In this document: in pieces, positions 8,078 to 16,660 of the stretch | Numbering within the stretch: position 1 is the stretch's first letter | Layout: each line of letters starts with the position of its first letter | Origin: an uncultured Eubacteriales bacterium | GTDB taxonomy: Bacteria > Bacillota > Clostridia > Oscillospirales > Acutalibacteraceae | Reading direction: 5' to 3' | Length of the DNA stretch: 51,329 bases | NCBI GenBank assembly: GCA_900315715.1 | Contig: ONAH01000040.1 | Location: forward strand, 1 to 51,329 | Notes under the pieces: model-generated | What the model was told of the DNA's origin: nothing | The model's input: the letters and a program-made list of their open reading frames with translations, nothing else | Databases searched by the model: none | Position numbers and translations under genes: made by a program

Positions 8078-8895
8078 TGTGGTTCAAAAGCAGAAAAAAG
8101 AAAAAAGATATTACTGTTGATCCTGCCCTCACTGTTTCAGACAAATTAAGATATAAGGTTGCGAATTTGCAGGGAGTTGGAGCAAGGCAGAGGCAAGAGG
8201 ATTCATTTACACTGATGAATGCTCTTGACGAAGCTCAGTATGACGAGTACGGACTGATGTTCGCAGTATGTGACGGTATGGGAGGCATGAAGGACGGAAA
8301 GCTTGCCAGCGAAACGGCCATTGCGAGTTTTAGACGTTTTTTTAGCGAAATGGACAGACGTGGAAGGATTGCCGAACAACTGAAGCAAAGTGTATTCACA
8401 GCGTCTGAGGAAGTAGAAAACCTGCTAGAAGGTGAAGGTGGAAGTACGGTTGTTGTTGGTATTATATATCATGAACAGCTCTATTTTGCAAGTGTTGGAG
8501 ACAGCTTTTTTTACTTGAAAAGAGACGGGAAACTCTATCGCCTTAATACAGAGCATAATGTTTGCCATGAACGTTATTTGGAGAATATAAGGGATGGTGT
8601 ATTTGATCCTTTGGAATGTCGTAATGATCCGGAAGCTTCGGCACTGTCACAGTTTTTGGGAATGAATGGACTAACAAAGGTAGATTGTTCGGTACGTCCT
8701 ATGCAACTGAGGAAAGGAGATGTCCTTTTGGCATGCTCTGATGGAGTAGGTGGTGTGCTGAGTGAATCAGAGATATTCAATGCATTATGTTACGAGTCAG
8801 GTGAGCAGGCATGTCGTGAGCTTGAACAGCGATTGATAGAACATTCAAAACCAAATCAAGATAACTATACTGCATTGTTAGTACAATGTCAGTAA
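8074..8895 (+). CDS. PP2C-family Ser/Thr protein phosphatase
   Basis: Motifs RQEDSF, FAVCDGMGG, ASVGDSFFY, ACSDGV, DNYTALLV. The start ATG overlaps the upstream stop (ATGA at 8074-8077). Confidence 0.9.
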   Translation: MMWFKSRKKKKDITVDPALTVSDKLRYKVANLQGVGARQRQEDSFTLMNALDEAQYDEYGLMFAVCDGMGGMKDGKLASETAIASFRRFFSEMDRRGRIAEQLKQSVFTASEEVENLLEGEGGSTVVVGIIYHEQLYFASVGDSFFYLKRDGKLYRLNTEHNVCHERYLENIRDGVFDPLECRNDPEASALSQFLGMNGLTKVDCSVRPMQLRKGDVLLACSDGVGGVLSESEIFNALCYESGEQACRELEQRLIEHSKPNQDNYTALLVQCQ

Positions 8896-8920
8896 ATAAA
8901 AAGAATGAGAGGAACATATT

Positions 8921-10297
8921 ATGAGAACAAAAATATTGCGAGTATCAACGTTGTTTTTGATGTCGCTTACGTTATTGTTTGCAAGTATTGCAGGTTCAAC
9001 GACGGCATACGCTTTTGACAATGACGTAAAAAGCGGTGTAGTACCGGTAGTATTCTATTTAAAGGGTGCAGAAGTTTATCTTACAGACGGAACTAACTAC
9101 CAGTTGTATCAAACGTTGGGCGACTGTGAGTGGAGCGGTGGATCAGGATTCTTTGTAGGTGACGGTTCGGGTTCGGCACAGTACATTGTTACAAACGCAC
9201 ATGTTGTAGAAGATTATGTAAATGCAAAAGAAGGCGAGCAGTTTGCTACTCTTTACGGATATACAGATGAGGGTTATGGCATAGTAATATATGCTACAAG
9301 CTGTGAACTCAGAGTGTATTATTCTCAGGATGATTATGAAGCAGCGTATGTAGATTGTATAGGAGATTCGGATAAGGTTGACTTAGCCGTACTCAGACTC
9401 AGAGATCCCACTAATAAACGACATACTCTATCGTTAATGGAAACAAATGAAAAAATGGTTGGTGACACCGTTTATACAGTAGGTTTTCCGGGAAATGCAG
9501 ATAATCAGTTTACAAGTGCAAGCCATTACGGTGTGAATGATGTTACTGTACATAAGGGTTCCATCACAAAGTTTGCAGTAAACGAAGGAAAAGGCGTAGA
9601 GAGAATCGCAGTAGACGCAACTATACAGCATGGAAACTCAGGCGGACCGCTTGTAACAGAGGACGGTAAGGTAATAGGTGTTAATACAAATGTTGAGTCA
9701 AATGTTAAGTATGGAACACAGGTAGAGGTTGACTATTACGCAATAAACTCAAATGAGATTATGAGATTCCTTGATAAGAATAACATTCCATATCAGAAAG
9801 CTACAGGCGGTATTAAATTAGACGGCAAGACTCTAGGAATAATAGGAGGTGCAGTTGTAGTAATAGGCGCAGTAGTTGCAGTAATAATAGTTATGAGCAA
9901 GAAAAAGGGTAATGGTATGCGTAATCCTAATATGCAGAGCGGAATGCCGGGCATGGCACCGGGCGGCAACCTCAGAGGTGTAGTTCGTTCAATGTCTGCA
10001 CAGCATAACGGGCAGACTTTCCCTGTTGGAAATGCACCGCTCATGATAGGCAGGGATCCAACAACATGTCAGATAGTGTTCGCAAAGGATACGACAGGTG
10101 TTAGCGGAAAGCACTGTACTGTTTACTTTGACGCTGCAGCCGGTAGCTTTACTTTGACAGATATCGGATCAACATATGGAACATACCTGAGCAACGGATT
10201 GAAACTAACTCCACATACTCCGGTAAGCATTAAGCCGGGCGATACATTCTGTGTCGGGGATAAGGCTAATATTCTTAAAGTGGAAGTGATGCAGTAA
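8921..10297 (+). CDS. Membrane-anchored trypsin-like (S1/Trypsin_2) serine protease with a C-terminal cytoplasmic FHA domain
   Basis: Signal peptide ...ASIAGSTTAYA. Triad motifs TNAHVV, DLAVLRL, GNSGGPL. TM LGIIGGAVVVIGAVVAVIIVM (nt 9833-9895) is followed by SKKKGNGMR. FHA core MIGR...VSGKHC...STYGTYLSNG. Confidence 0.9.
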   Translation: MRTKILRVSTLFLMSLTLLFASIAGSTTAYAFDNDVKSGVVPVVFYLKGAEVYLTDGTNYQLYQTLGDCEWSGGSGFFVGDGSGSAQYIVTNAHVVEDYVNAKEGEQFATLYGYTDEGYGIVIYATSCELRVYYSQDDYEAAYVDCIGDSDKVDLAVLRLRDPTNKRHTLSLMETNEKMVGDTVYTVGFPGNADNQFTSASHYGVNDVTVHKGSITKFAVNEGKGVERIAVDATIQHGNSGGPLVTEDGKVIGVNTNVESNVKYGTQVEVDYYAINSNEIMRFLDKNNIPYQKATGGIKLDGKTLGIIGGAVVVIGAVVAVIIVMSKKKGNGMRNPNMQSGMPGMAPGGNLRGVVRSMSAQHNGQTFPVGNAPLMIGRDPTTCQIVFAKDTTGVSGKHCTVYFDAAAGSFTLTDIGSTYGTYLSNGLKLTPHTPVSIKPGDTFCVGDKANILKVEVMQ

Positions 10298-11023
10298 ATG
10301 TTGTTTGATGTTTTTGAGTATTCAAACAAAGGCGGACGCAACTACAATGAAGATTCCATGGGATGCAGTTTTGGAGAAGACAGCGGAATATTTGTTGTTG
10401 CAGACGGATTAGGCGGTCACTCTTTAGGAGATTTAGCGTCTGATACTGCAGTGGAAGTATTGACGTTTGATGATTGGATAGATCGTGCAGAAGATGTGTC
10501 TGAATTACTTACGGCAAAGATTGCTGAGGCGAATAATGCAATAATAGAACTTCAAAAGAAGAATAATGTTGTAATGAAAACTACCGTAGCTGTTGTAGCA
10601 GTATATGGAGAGAATGCGGTATGGGCTAATGTAGGAGATTCAAGAGTCTATTTCATACATGATAATATGATACACTCCTATACCGATGATCATTCTGTTG
10701 CATACAAGAAGTATAAAGCAGGAGAGATTAGTCGTGAACAGCTTGCAACAGATGAAGATCAGTCACAACTGCTGAGGACGCTTGGAAGTGTAGAACGCAG
10801 TGAACCAACAGTTTATCAGGCTGATGTCCTGTTGAAGCCTGGAGATGCGTTTTTCATATGTTCTGACGGTGCATGGGAATTTCTATTAGATGAGGAGATT
10901 GTAATTGATTTTCTCAAAGCAGAGAATGCTAAGCATTGGGCTGAAATGCTATTAGTACGAATGATGGAACGAGTAAACGGCGGTAATGATAATTTGACTA
11001 TTATGACAGTTATATTAGGTTAA
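10298..11023 (+). CDS. PP2C-family Ser/Thr protein phosphatase (second copy)
   Basis: Motifs YNEDS, VVADGLGGH, ANVGDSRVY, ICSDGAWE, NDNLTIMTV. The ATG abuts the upstream TAA (TAAATG at 10295-10300). Confidence 0.9.
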   Translation: MLFDVFEYSNKGGRNYNEDSMGCSFGEDSGIFVVADGLGGHSLGDLASDTAVEVLTFDDWIDRAEDVSELLTAKIAEANNAIIELQKKNNVVMKTTVAVVAVYGENAVWANVGDSRVYFIHDNMIHSYTDDHSVAYKKYKAGEISREQLATDEDQSQLLRTLGSVERSEPTVYQADVLLKPGDAFFICSDGAWEFLLDEEIVIDFLKAENAKHWAEMLLVRMMERVNGGNDNLTIMTVILG

Positions 11024-11030
11024 TGAGATG

Positions 11031-11067
11031 AAGCCACGGGTTTAAAAATCCATGGCTTTATCTTTTG
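11031..11067 (+). terminator. Probable terminator of the kinase operon
   Basis: Stem AAGCCACGG / CCATGGCTT (one mismatch) followed by TATCTTTTG. It starts 8 nt after the stop. Confidence 0.5.
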
Positions 11068-11446
11068 ATTAATTTGTATATGGTTGATTGTTATATTAAA
11101 AGCAATTGTAGTGATTGTCAATAAATGACAAATTTGTTGTTAGAAAATAATAATATTGTATGATATAATAAATAATATATCAGTATAATATCGAATATAC
11201 AATATAGCTTATGAAGTTGCATGAGCTGTTAAGATTTTTGATAATTATAAGCAACAGGATAACAGATTGTACGTTTTAAAAATTATATACTTGACTATGG
11301 TATGAAAAGAGGGTGCTTACGGCATGTTGAAAAACAAATTGTCGCAAGCTGAACAGAAAAGTCTTTACGGTGCAGCCATTTTTTACAAGTATTTGTTTGC
11401 AGCGGCAGATAAGACACTCATACATGTACAAGAATAACATACAAAT

Positions 11447-11490
11447 GATTTCCCGAAGCTGTAACATTTGCTTCGGGAATCAGGTTTTGG
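11447..11490 (+). terminator. Hairpin (terminator or attenuator) in the leader of the PPP phosphatase gene
   Basis: 11-bp stem GATT(T)CCCGAAG / CTTCGGGAATC with one bulge and a 12-nt loop, then AGGTTTTGG. It ends about 25 nt before the RBS of 11512. Confidence 0.35.
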
Positions 11491-11511
11491 AAATAATAAC
11501 AGGAGGTAAAA

Positions 11512-12228
11512 ATGGCTACATATGTAATATCTGATATACATGGCATGTATGATAAGTTTACAGAAATGCTTGAAATAATTAACCTAAAAAACGATGACAC
11601 ACTATATATACTTGGAGATGTATTTGACAGAGGGCCTGAGCCGATAAAAGTATTACTAAAGCTTATGGAGATGCCAAATGTGAGAATGCTTCGTGGAAAC
11701 CATGAGGAAATGGCTCTAAAATGTCTGCCAACACTGTTAGAGGAGATAACAGAGATTTCGATTGCCGCACTTGACGATGTGTTTATAAACGATTTGCTTA
11801 TCTGGCAAATGAACGGAAATCAGTCAACACTTGATGAATTTTACATTTTGGAAAACGACACAAAGAATAAGGTTTTGGAATATCTCAGAAACACTATATT
11901 ATTTAAAGAATTGATAGTCAATGATACAGAGTATTTGCTGGTACATGCAGGACTGGGTAATTTTTCGCCTGATAAGGTATTAGGTACATATACGGTAAAT
12001 GAGCTTGTGTGGGAACGCGCAGATTATGAGAAACAGTATTTTGAAGATAAGTATCTTGTTACGGGACACACACCAACGCAGACAATAGATTGCTGTGAGA
12101 ACCCGGGCTACATATACCGCAACAAAAATCATATTGCGATAGACTGTGGAGCGTGTTTCAAAACTGGTAGACTTGCTGCAATTTGTCTTGAAACGGGAGA
12201 AGAATTCTATACGTCGGAAACAGAATAA
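11512..12228 (+). CDS. PPP-family metallophosphoesterase (PrpA/lambda-phosphatase-like Ser/Thr phosphatase)
   Basis: Motifs SDIHG, GDVFDRG, GNHEEM, VHAG, GHTP. AGGAGG RBS. Confidence 0.85.
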   Translation: MATYVISDIHGMYDKFTEMLEIINLKNDDTLYILGDVFDRGPEPIKVLLKLMEMPNVRMLRGNHEEMALKCLPTLLEEITEISIAALDDVFINDLLIWQMNGNQSTLDEFYILENDTKNKVLEYLRNTILFKELIVNDTEYLLVHAGLGNFSPDKVLGTYTVNELVWERADYEKQYFEDKYLVTGHTPTQTIDCCENPGYIYRNKNHIAIDCGACFKTGRLAAICLETGEEFYTSETE

Positions 12229-12235
12229 TAATAGA

Positions 12236-12270
12236 AAAGCTTGCCTGAATGAATGGCAAGCTTTATTATA
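12236..12270 (+). terminator. Rho-independent terminator
   Basis: Perfect 10-bp stem AAAGCTTGCC / GGCAAGCTTT, then ATTAT. Confidence 0.7.
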
Positions 12271-12382
12271 GCTTAGATAAAAATATTGTGAAGAATGTAA
12301 ATTTTTTGGTAAAATATATTTACATTTTGCGAAAATTGTGTTAAGATAAAGCCATAGTTTATATTAAAGGAGGAACTTGTTT

Positions 12383-13123
12383 ATGTTAAAAAAGTGTTTG
12401 GCGGAATTTTTGGGAACTGCGGTGCTAGTTACCTTCGGCTGCGGAGTTGCGGCTACTAACGGCTTAGGTGCAGGGTATGTAGGTATAGCTCTTGCATTCG
12501 GACTTGTTATTGTGGCTATGGCTTATTCTATCGGAAATGTATCAGGGTGTCATGTAAACCCTGCTGTTTCTACTGCGATGCTAATTAACGGCAAGCTTAC
12601 TCCGAAAGAATTTGCAGGATATGTAGTAAGTCAGTTCTTAGGAGCAACGTTTGGTGCGTTTATACTTTATGCAATGCTTGCAGGAACACCTTTCCTTAGT
12701 GAAAACGGAATGGGTACTAACGGTTATGGAAATTTATCTGCTACAAATATTACGGTAGTTGGTGCTTTTTTAGCAGAAGTGGTACTAACATTTGTATTTG
12801 TATTTGCAATTTGCGGCGTTACAAGCAAGGAGAAGTTCGGTAATCCGGCAGGTCTTGTAATAGGAGCGTCACTTATACTTGTGCATTTGTTTGGTTTGCC
12901 TCTTACGGGCACATCAGTAAATCCTGCAAGAAGCTTCGGTGCAGCATTTGTATCAATGATATTTGGTTGCAATAATGGTGCAGCAGCATTTGCACAGGTT
13001 TGGCTGTTTATTGTTGCTCCACTAATAGGCGGTGCACTTGCAGCTTGTGCATACAAATGGCTTGATCCTGAAAAAAAGCCTGTTCCTGCAAAAACTCCGG
13101 CAAAAACAAGTAAGAAAAAATAA
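12383..13123 (+). CDS. aqpZ: MIP-family channel, aquaporin Z-like
   Basis: Start moved to the ATG at 12383 (AAGGAGG 9 nt upstream). Two NPA boxes, HVNPAVS and SVNPARS, with a His in LVHLFGLPLTGTSVNPARS as in AqpZ. Lys/Pro-rich tail PEKKPVPAKTPAKTSKKK. Confidence 0.85.
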   Translation: MLKKCLAEFLGTAVLVTFGCGVAATNGLGAGYVGIALAFGLVIVAMAYSIGNVSGCHVNPAVSTAMLINGKLTPKEFAGYVVSQFLGATFGAFILYAMLAGTPFLSENGMGTNGYGNLSATNITVVGAFLAEVVLTFVFVFAICGVTSKEKFGNPAGLVIGASLILVHLFGLPLTGTSVNPARSFGAAFVSMIFGCNNGAAAFAQVWLFIVAPLIGGALAACAYKWLDPEKKPVPAKTPAKTSKKK

Positions 13124-13141
13124 GTCGATTAACATTCCCTG

Positions 13142-15091
13142 ATGAAAATCGGGGAATTGTTTGATATAAATAATTATTATGTAGGTATAGAAATGATTGG
13201 AAGAAATAATAACAATTGTTATTTAATGTCAGATGTTCAGTTTGAAGAAATGAAGGAGTTTTACAAAAAGCTTGGATACAGTCCGCTTCAGGTAAAGGTG
13301 TTATCAGAACGTTGTTTTGGAAACAAGATTGTTGCAAAGAAAAACTATCCGTACAATGATGATTGGTGTTTTTCATTACAGAATGATTTTGATATGCCGT
13401 TTCCAAGTAAGCTATTTAAAAATCTACCCTCTCAGTATGCTGTTAGATATTGTCCTCCTATGAGTGGTTCTGCAATAAATACAGAGATGTCTCAAATGCA
13501 GGCTAAATCACTAGTTTCTTGTGATATGTCTGCTCCGATTGGTCTGTCTGATTCTGCTGATTCGTCTGATATGCCGGATTTTTCTTTTTTAGATTCTGCT
13601 GAGACCGATGGTCATTTCACAGTATATAGAAAAAACAATGTAGGTCGAAGCAAAAAGATGAATTTGTTTGAAGATTCCGAAGCTATGACTGAGGGTGTTT
13701 CGGAGACTTTTAGTACAGCGGAAACTCATGTAAATGATGAAAACGAAACCCATAGTCCAATGGATAATCCGCAGGCGATTTTCTCTGCTAATGTGAACAC
13801 AGCTTCGTGGGATTATCTCAGAGGCAAGATAGAACAGAAGAGCTGTCCCGATAAGTCATTTGTGAGAGTTGAGGAGATAATCAATTCATATGTGTATGAT
13901 TTTCCGAAGCCGGAAAATGACGAATTATTCTCACTCTCAGCCGAAACAAGTAAGTGTGCATGGAATCCTGATGCAGAGCTTATGCTTGTTGGAATGAGGG
14001 CAAAAGAAGTAAATGTTGATGTTAAGCAAAATCTTGTGTTTCTGATAGATGTATCGGGAAGTATGGAAGATCAGTGGATATTAGTACAGATGTCACTTGC
14101 CGCTATAATAAGCAGAATGAAAGAAAACGATGTTCTGTCGATCATTACATATAGTAATAAAACTACTGTTGTAAAAACCGAACTAAACGGCGGCGATAAG
14201 GCAAAATGTGTAGATGCGTTAATATCGATAGAAGGAATAGGCGGCTGTACAAGGGGAAGCGAAGGACTTGAACAGGCATATAAATTCTTGCAGGATAAAT
14301 ATGACAAAAACGCAAATAACCGTGTCTTTATATTTACAGACGGTGATTTTAACTTTGGAATAACAAGTGAAGGCGAACTGAAAGATTTTATATACAAGAA
14401 GAGAGAAAGCGGGATTTATCTATCAATTGTGGGCTATGGATATGGTAACTTTAAGGATGATAAAATGGAAACGCTTGCATACAACGGTAACGGAAACTAC
14501 ACCTTTGTGTCAAATCCATACGATATCTATGACAACCTTTGCGATAAGCTTATCTCAAACCTTGTGACTGTTGCAAAGGATGTCAAAATATCAGTTGAAT
14601 TAAATCCGGTCTATGTCAGCAGTTACAGACTTATAGGATATGAATTCAGAGCACTGACTCAGCAGGAATTTCACGATACAAAGAAGGCAACAGACGGAAT
14701 AGGCTCAGGACATAATGTAGTTGCCCTAATAGAGTTTACAAGAGGAAAGGCACAGGAACAGTTCTCCTCACGATATGTTACAAGTAATGTAAAGGAACAT
14801 ACGGATGAGTTTGCGTTTATAGAGGTGCATTACAAATCTACTGATGATGAAAACCTTACAGCTACGAAGAGTATTTCGGTAAAGGAGATAGAGAATTCTC
14901 AAACGGATAACATCAAGATAGCACAGTTTTTAGCAGCGTTTGGTCTTTGCGTGATTGATTCAAAGTATAAGGGAAAAGCAGACAAAAATATGCTTTCTGA
15001 GATGCTAAGGGAATTTGAAAGAAGCGGAAAATACGATATGAATAAAAAATATTCGCACTTTGATGTTATAAGAAAATTTATTCAGCGATAA
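13142..15091 (+). CDS. von Willebrand factor A domain protein, YfbK-like (vWA plus DUF3520-like C-terminus), no signal peptide
   Basis: MIDAS motif LVFLIDVSGSM. An upstream vWA-associated segment NVNTASWDYLRGKI...VRVEEIINSY. C-terminal VKISVELNP...YRLIGYEFR. The start is uncertain: the ATG at 13142 has no RBS and lies in the loop of hairpin 13134-13157. In-frame ATGs further downstream (MIGRNNNN, MSDVQFEEM) are alternative starts. Confidence 0.75.
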   Translation: MKIGELFDINNYYVGIEMIGRNNNNCYLMSDVQFEEMKEFYKKLGYSPLQVKVLSERCFGNKIVAKKNYPYNDDWCFSLQNDFDMPFPSKLFKNLPSQYAVRYCPPMSGSAINTEMSQMQAKSLVSCDMSAPIGLSDSADSSDMPDFSFLDSAETDGHFTVYRKNNVGRSKKMNLFEDSEAMTEGVSETFSTAETHVNDENETHSPMDNPQAIFSANVNTASWDYLRGKIEQKSCPDKSFVRVEEIINSYVYDFPKPENDELFSLSAETSKCAWNPDAELMLVGMRAKEVNVDVKQNLVFLIDVSGSMEDQWILVQMSLAAIISRMKENDVLSIITYSNKTTVVKTELNGGDKAKCVDALISIEGIGGCTRGSEGLEQAYKFLQDKYDKNANNRVFIFTDGDFNFGITSEGELKDFIYKKRESGIYLSIVGYGYGNFKDDKMETLAYNGNGNYTFVSNPYDIYDNLCDKLISNLVTVAKDVKISVELNPVYVSSYRLIGYEFRALTQQEFHDTKKATDGIGSGHNVVALIEFTRGKAQEQFSSRYVTSNVKEHTDEFAFIEVHYKSTDDENLTATKSISVKEIENSQTDNIKIAQFLAAFGLCVIDSKYKGKADKNMLSEMLREFERSGKYDMNKKYSHFDVIRKFIQR

Positions 15092-15097
15092 TGAGTG

Positions 15098-15130
15098 TAC
15101 CGCCGTAAACAATTCGGCGGTATATATTTT
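15098..15130 (+). terminator. Rho-independent terminator
   Basis: 8-bp stem TACCGCCG / CGGCGGTA followed by TATATTTT. Confidence 0.7.
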
Positions 15131-15158
15131 CGGAATGATTACTTTTTAACGAAGAATC

Positions 15159-15187
15159 TTGACATTTGGGGAATGTAGTTATATAAT
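15159..15187 (+). promoter_or_regulatory. Consensus sigma-A promoter of ilvE
   Basis: TTGACA (15159-15164), 17-nt spacer, TATAAT (15182-15187). Confidence 0.65.
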
Positions 15188-15245
15188 TTACTTTATGAGG
15201 GTAAAGTTTCCCTGAATATTCTAATTGCATAAGGAGATGCATTTT

Positions 15246-16313
15246 ATGTTAGATATCAAAATCACCAAAACTACTGCTCCAAAAGAAAAGCCTGCAAAAG
15301 ACGCACCGCTTGGATTTGGTAAGATCTTCACAGATCATATGTTCATAATGAACTATACAGAGGGACAGGGCTGGCACGATCCAAGAATAGTACCGTTCCA
15401 GAATATTTCTCTTTCACCTGCTGCGATGGTTTATCACTATGGTCAAGAGATGTTTGAGGGTCTCAAGGCATATAAGGGTGATGATAACGAAGTATATCTT
15501 TTCAGACCTGATATGAATGCTAAGAGAACAAATAAAACAAACGAGCGTCTTTGTATTCCACAAATCCCGGAAGAGGATTTTATTCAGGCAGTAAAGGCAG
15601 TTGTTGATATTGACAGAGATTGGATTCCTACTGCTCCGGGAACATCACTATATATTCGTCCGTTTATCATAGCAACAGATGAGTTTTTGGGTGTTGCACC
15701 GTCAGAAACATATCTTTTCATGATTATCCTTTCTCCAAGTGGTGCTTACTATTCAAGCGGTCTTGCACCGGTAGGTATCTGGATAGAAGATGAGTATGTT
15801 CGTGCTGTAAGAGGCGGTATGGGATTTGCAAAGACAGGCGGTAACTATGCTGCAAGCCTTATCGGACAGGTAAAGGCACATAACGATAATTATTCACAGG
15901 TACTTTGGCTTGATGGTGTAGAGCGTAAGTATATTGAAGAAGTAGGTTCTATGAACATATTCTTTAAGATTGATGGCAAGGTAGTTACACCAATGCTTAA
16001 CGGAAGTATTCTTCCGGGTATTACAAGAGATTCTACAATAAAGCTTTGCAAGAACTGGGGTCTTGAGGTTGAGGAGCGCAGAATTTCTGTTGACGAACTT
16101 CTTGACGCACAGAAGAACGGAAAGCTTGAAGAGGTATTCGGCACAGGTACAGCTGCAGTTATTTCTCCTGTTGGAAAGCTTAGATTTGTTGATGATGTAA
16201 TGCTCATTAACAACGGAGAGATCGGACCACTCAGTCAGAAGCTCTATGATACTATGACAGGTATACAGTATGGTAAGCTTGATGATGAGTTTGGTTGGAG
16301 AGTTAAAGTTTAA
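15246..16313 (+). CDS. ilvE: Branched-chain amino acid aminotransferase
   Basis: Start moved to the ATG at 15246 (AAGGAG 9 nt upstream). Family-typical [38 protein letters not shown]. Confidence 0.9.
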   Translation: MLDIKITKTTAPKEKPAKDAPLGFGKIFTDHMFIMNYTEGQGWHDPRIVPFQNISLSPAAMVYHYGQEMFEGLKAYKGDDNEVYLFRPDMNAKRTNKTNERLCIPQIPEEDFIQAVKAVVDIDRDWIPTAPGTSLYIRPFIIATDEFLGVAPSETYLFMIILSPSGAYYSSGLAPVGIWIEDEYVRAVRGGMGFAKTGGNYAASLIGQVKAHNDNYSQVLWLDGVERKYIEEVGSMNIFFKIDGKVVTPMLNGSILPGITRDSTIKLCKNWGLEVEERRISVDELLDAQKNGKLEEVFGTGTAAVISPVGKLRFVDDVMLINNGEIGPLSQKLYDTMTGIQYGKLDDEFGWRVKV

Positions 16314-16382
16314 TATAGTGTAACTCTTTTGTGATTGCCTGCATATAGTGTCTTTGAGATAAAGAATTATGAAGGTAAGAAT

Positions 16383-16616
16383 ATGAGTAAACATATAACT
16401 CTGACTGATGCCCCGACGGGTTCAAGATGTATGATTTGCGGTATTGAAGAAACTCTCAGCGTGAAACAGCGTCTTGCAGAACTTGGGTTTACAAATGGTG
16501 CGTTAGTAGATAAGCTATATACCGGTTCAAAGGGAAGCCCGATAGCCTTTCGTGTAAGCGGAGCGGTTATTGCAGTGCGTTCCGATGATGCAAAAAAAAT
16601 AATTGCTGAAATATAA
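16383..16616 (+). CDS. feoA: FeoA-family ferrous iron transport protein A
   Basis: 77 aa from the ATG at 16383. SH3-like FeoA pattern ...RLAELGFTNGALV...PIAFRVSGAVIAVRSDDAKKI. Confidence 0.85.
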   Translation: MSKHITLTDAPTGSRCMICGIEETLSVKQRLAELGFTNGALVDKLYTGSKGSPIAFRVSGAVIAVRSDDAKKIIAEI

Positions 16617-16617
16617 T

Positions 16618-16660
16618 AAAAGGACGTTTTTCCGTAAAGGAGAAGCGTCCTTTTTGTTTG
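16618..16660 (+). terminator. Intercistronic terminator-like hairpin between feoA and feoB
   Basis: Stem AAAGGACG / CGTCCTTT followed by TTTTTGTTTG. It lies immediately before the feoB RBS GAGGAGG. Confidence 0.4.

Noticed and set aside
11115-11131. Palindrome TTGTCAATAAATGACAA as a regulator operator; likewise CACAGT-N7-ACTGTG at 870-888 and TTATGGTACCATAA at 50556-50569
   Set aside because: Short inverted repeats are expected by chance in AT-rich intergenic DNA. No second copy or cognate regulator gene is evident. They are mentioned only as context.
13134-13157. Hairpin enclosing the first ATG of the vWA ORF as a translational riboregulator
   Set aside because: It is only a 7-bp stem, equally well explained as a weak aqpZ terminator. 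The real problem is that the vWA start codon is uncertain.
4625-15091. Kinase/FHA/PP2C locus as part of a T6SS, a T7SS or a mobile defence island
   Set aside because: No secretion-system genes (TssM/EssC-like ATPases, WXG100 proteins), integrase, transposase or flanking direct repeats are present. By eye the composition matches the neighbouring housekeeping genes.
15894-16394. 166-aa antisense ORF across the ilvE 3' end and the feoA leader
   Set aside because: It overlaps strongly supported ilvE, has no RBS, and its sequence is hydrophobic junk.
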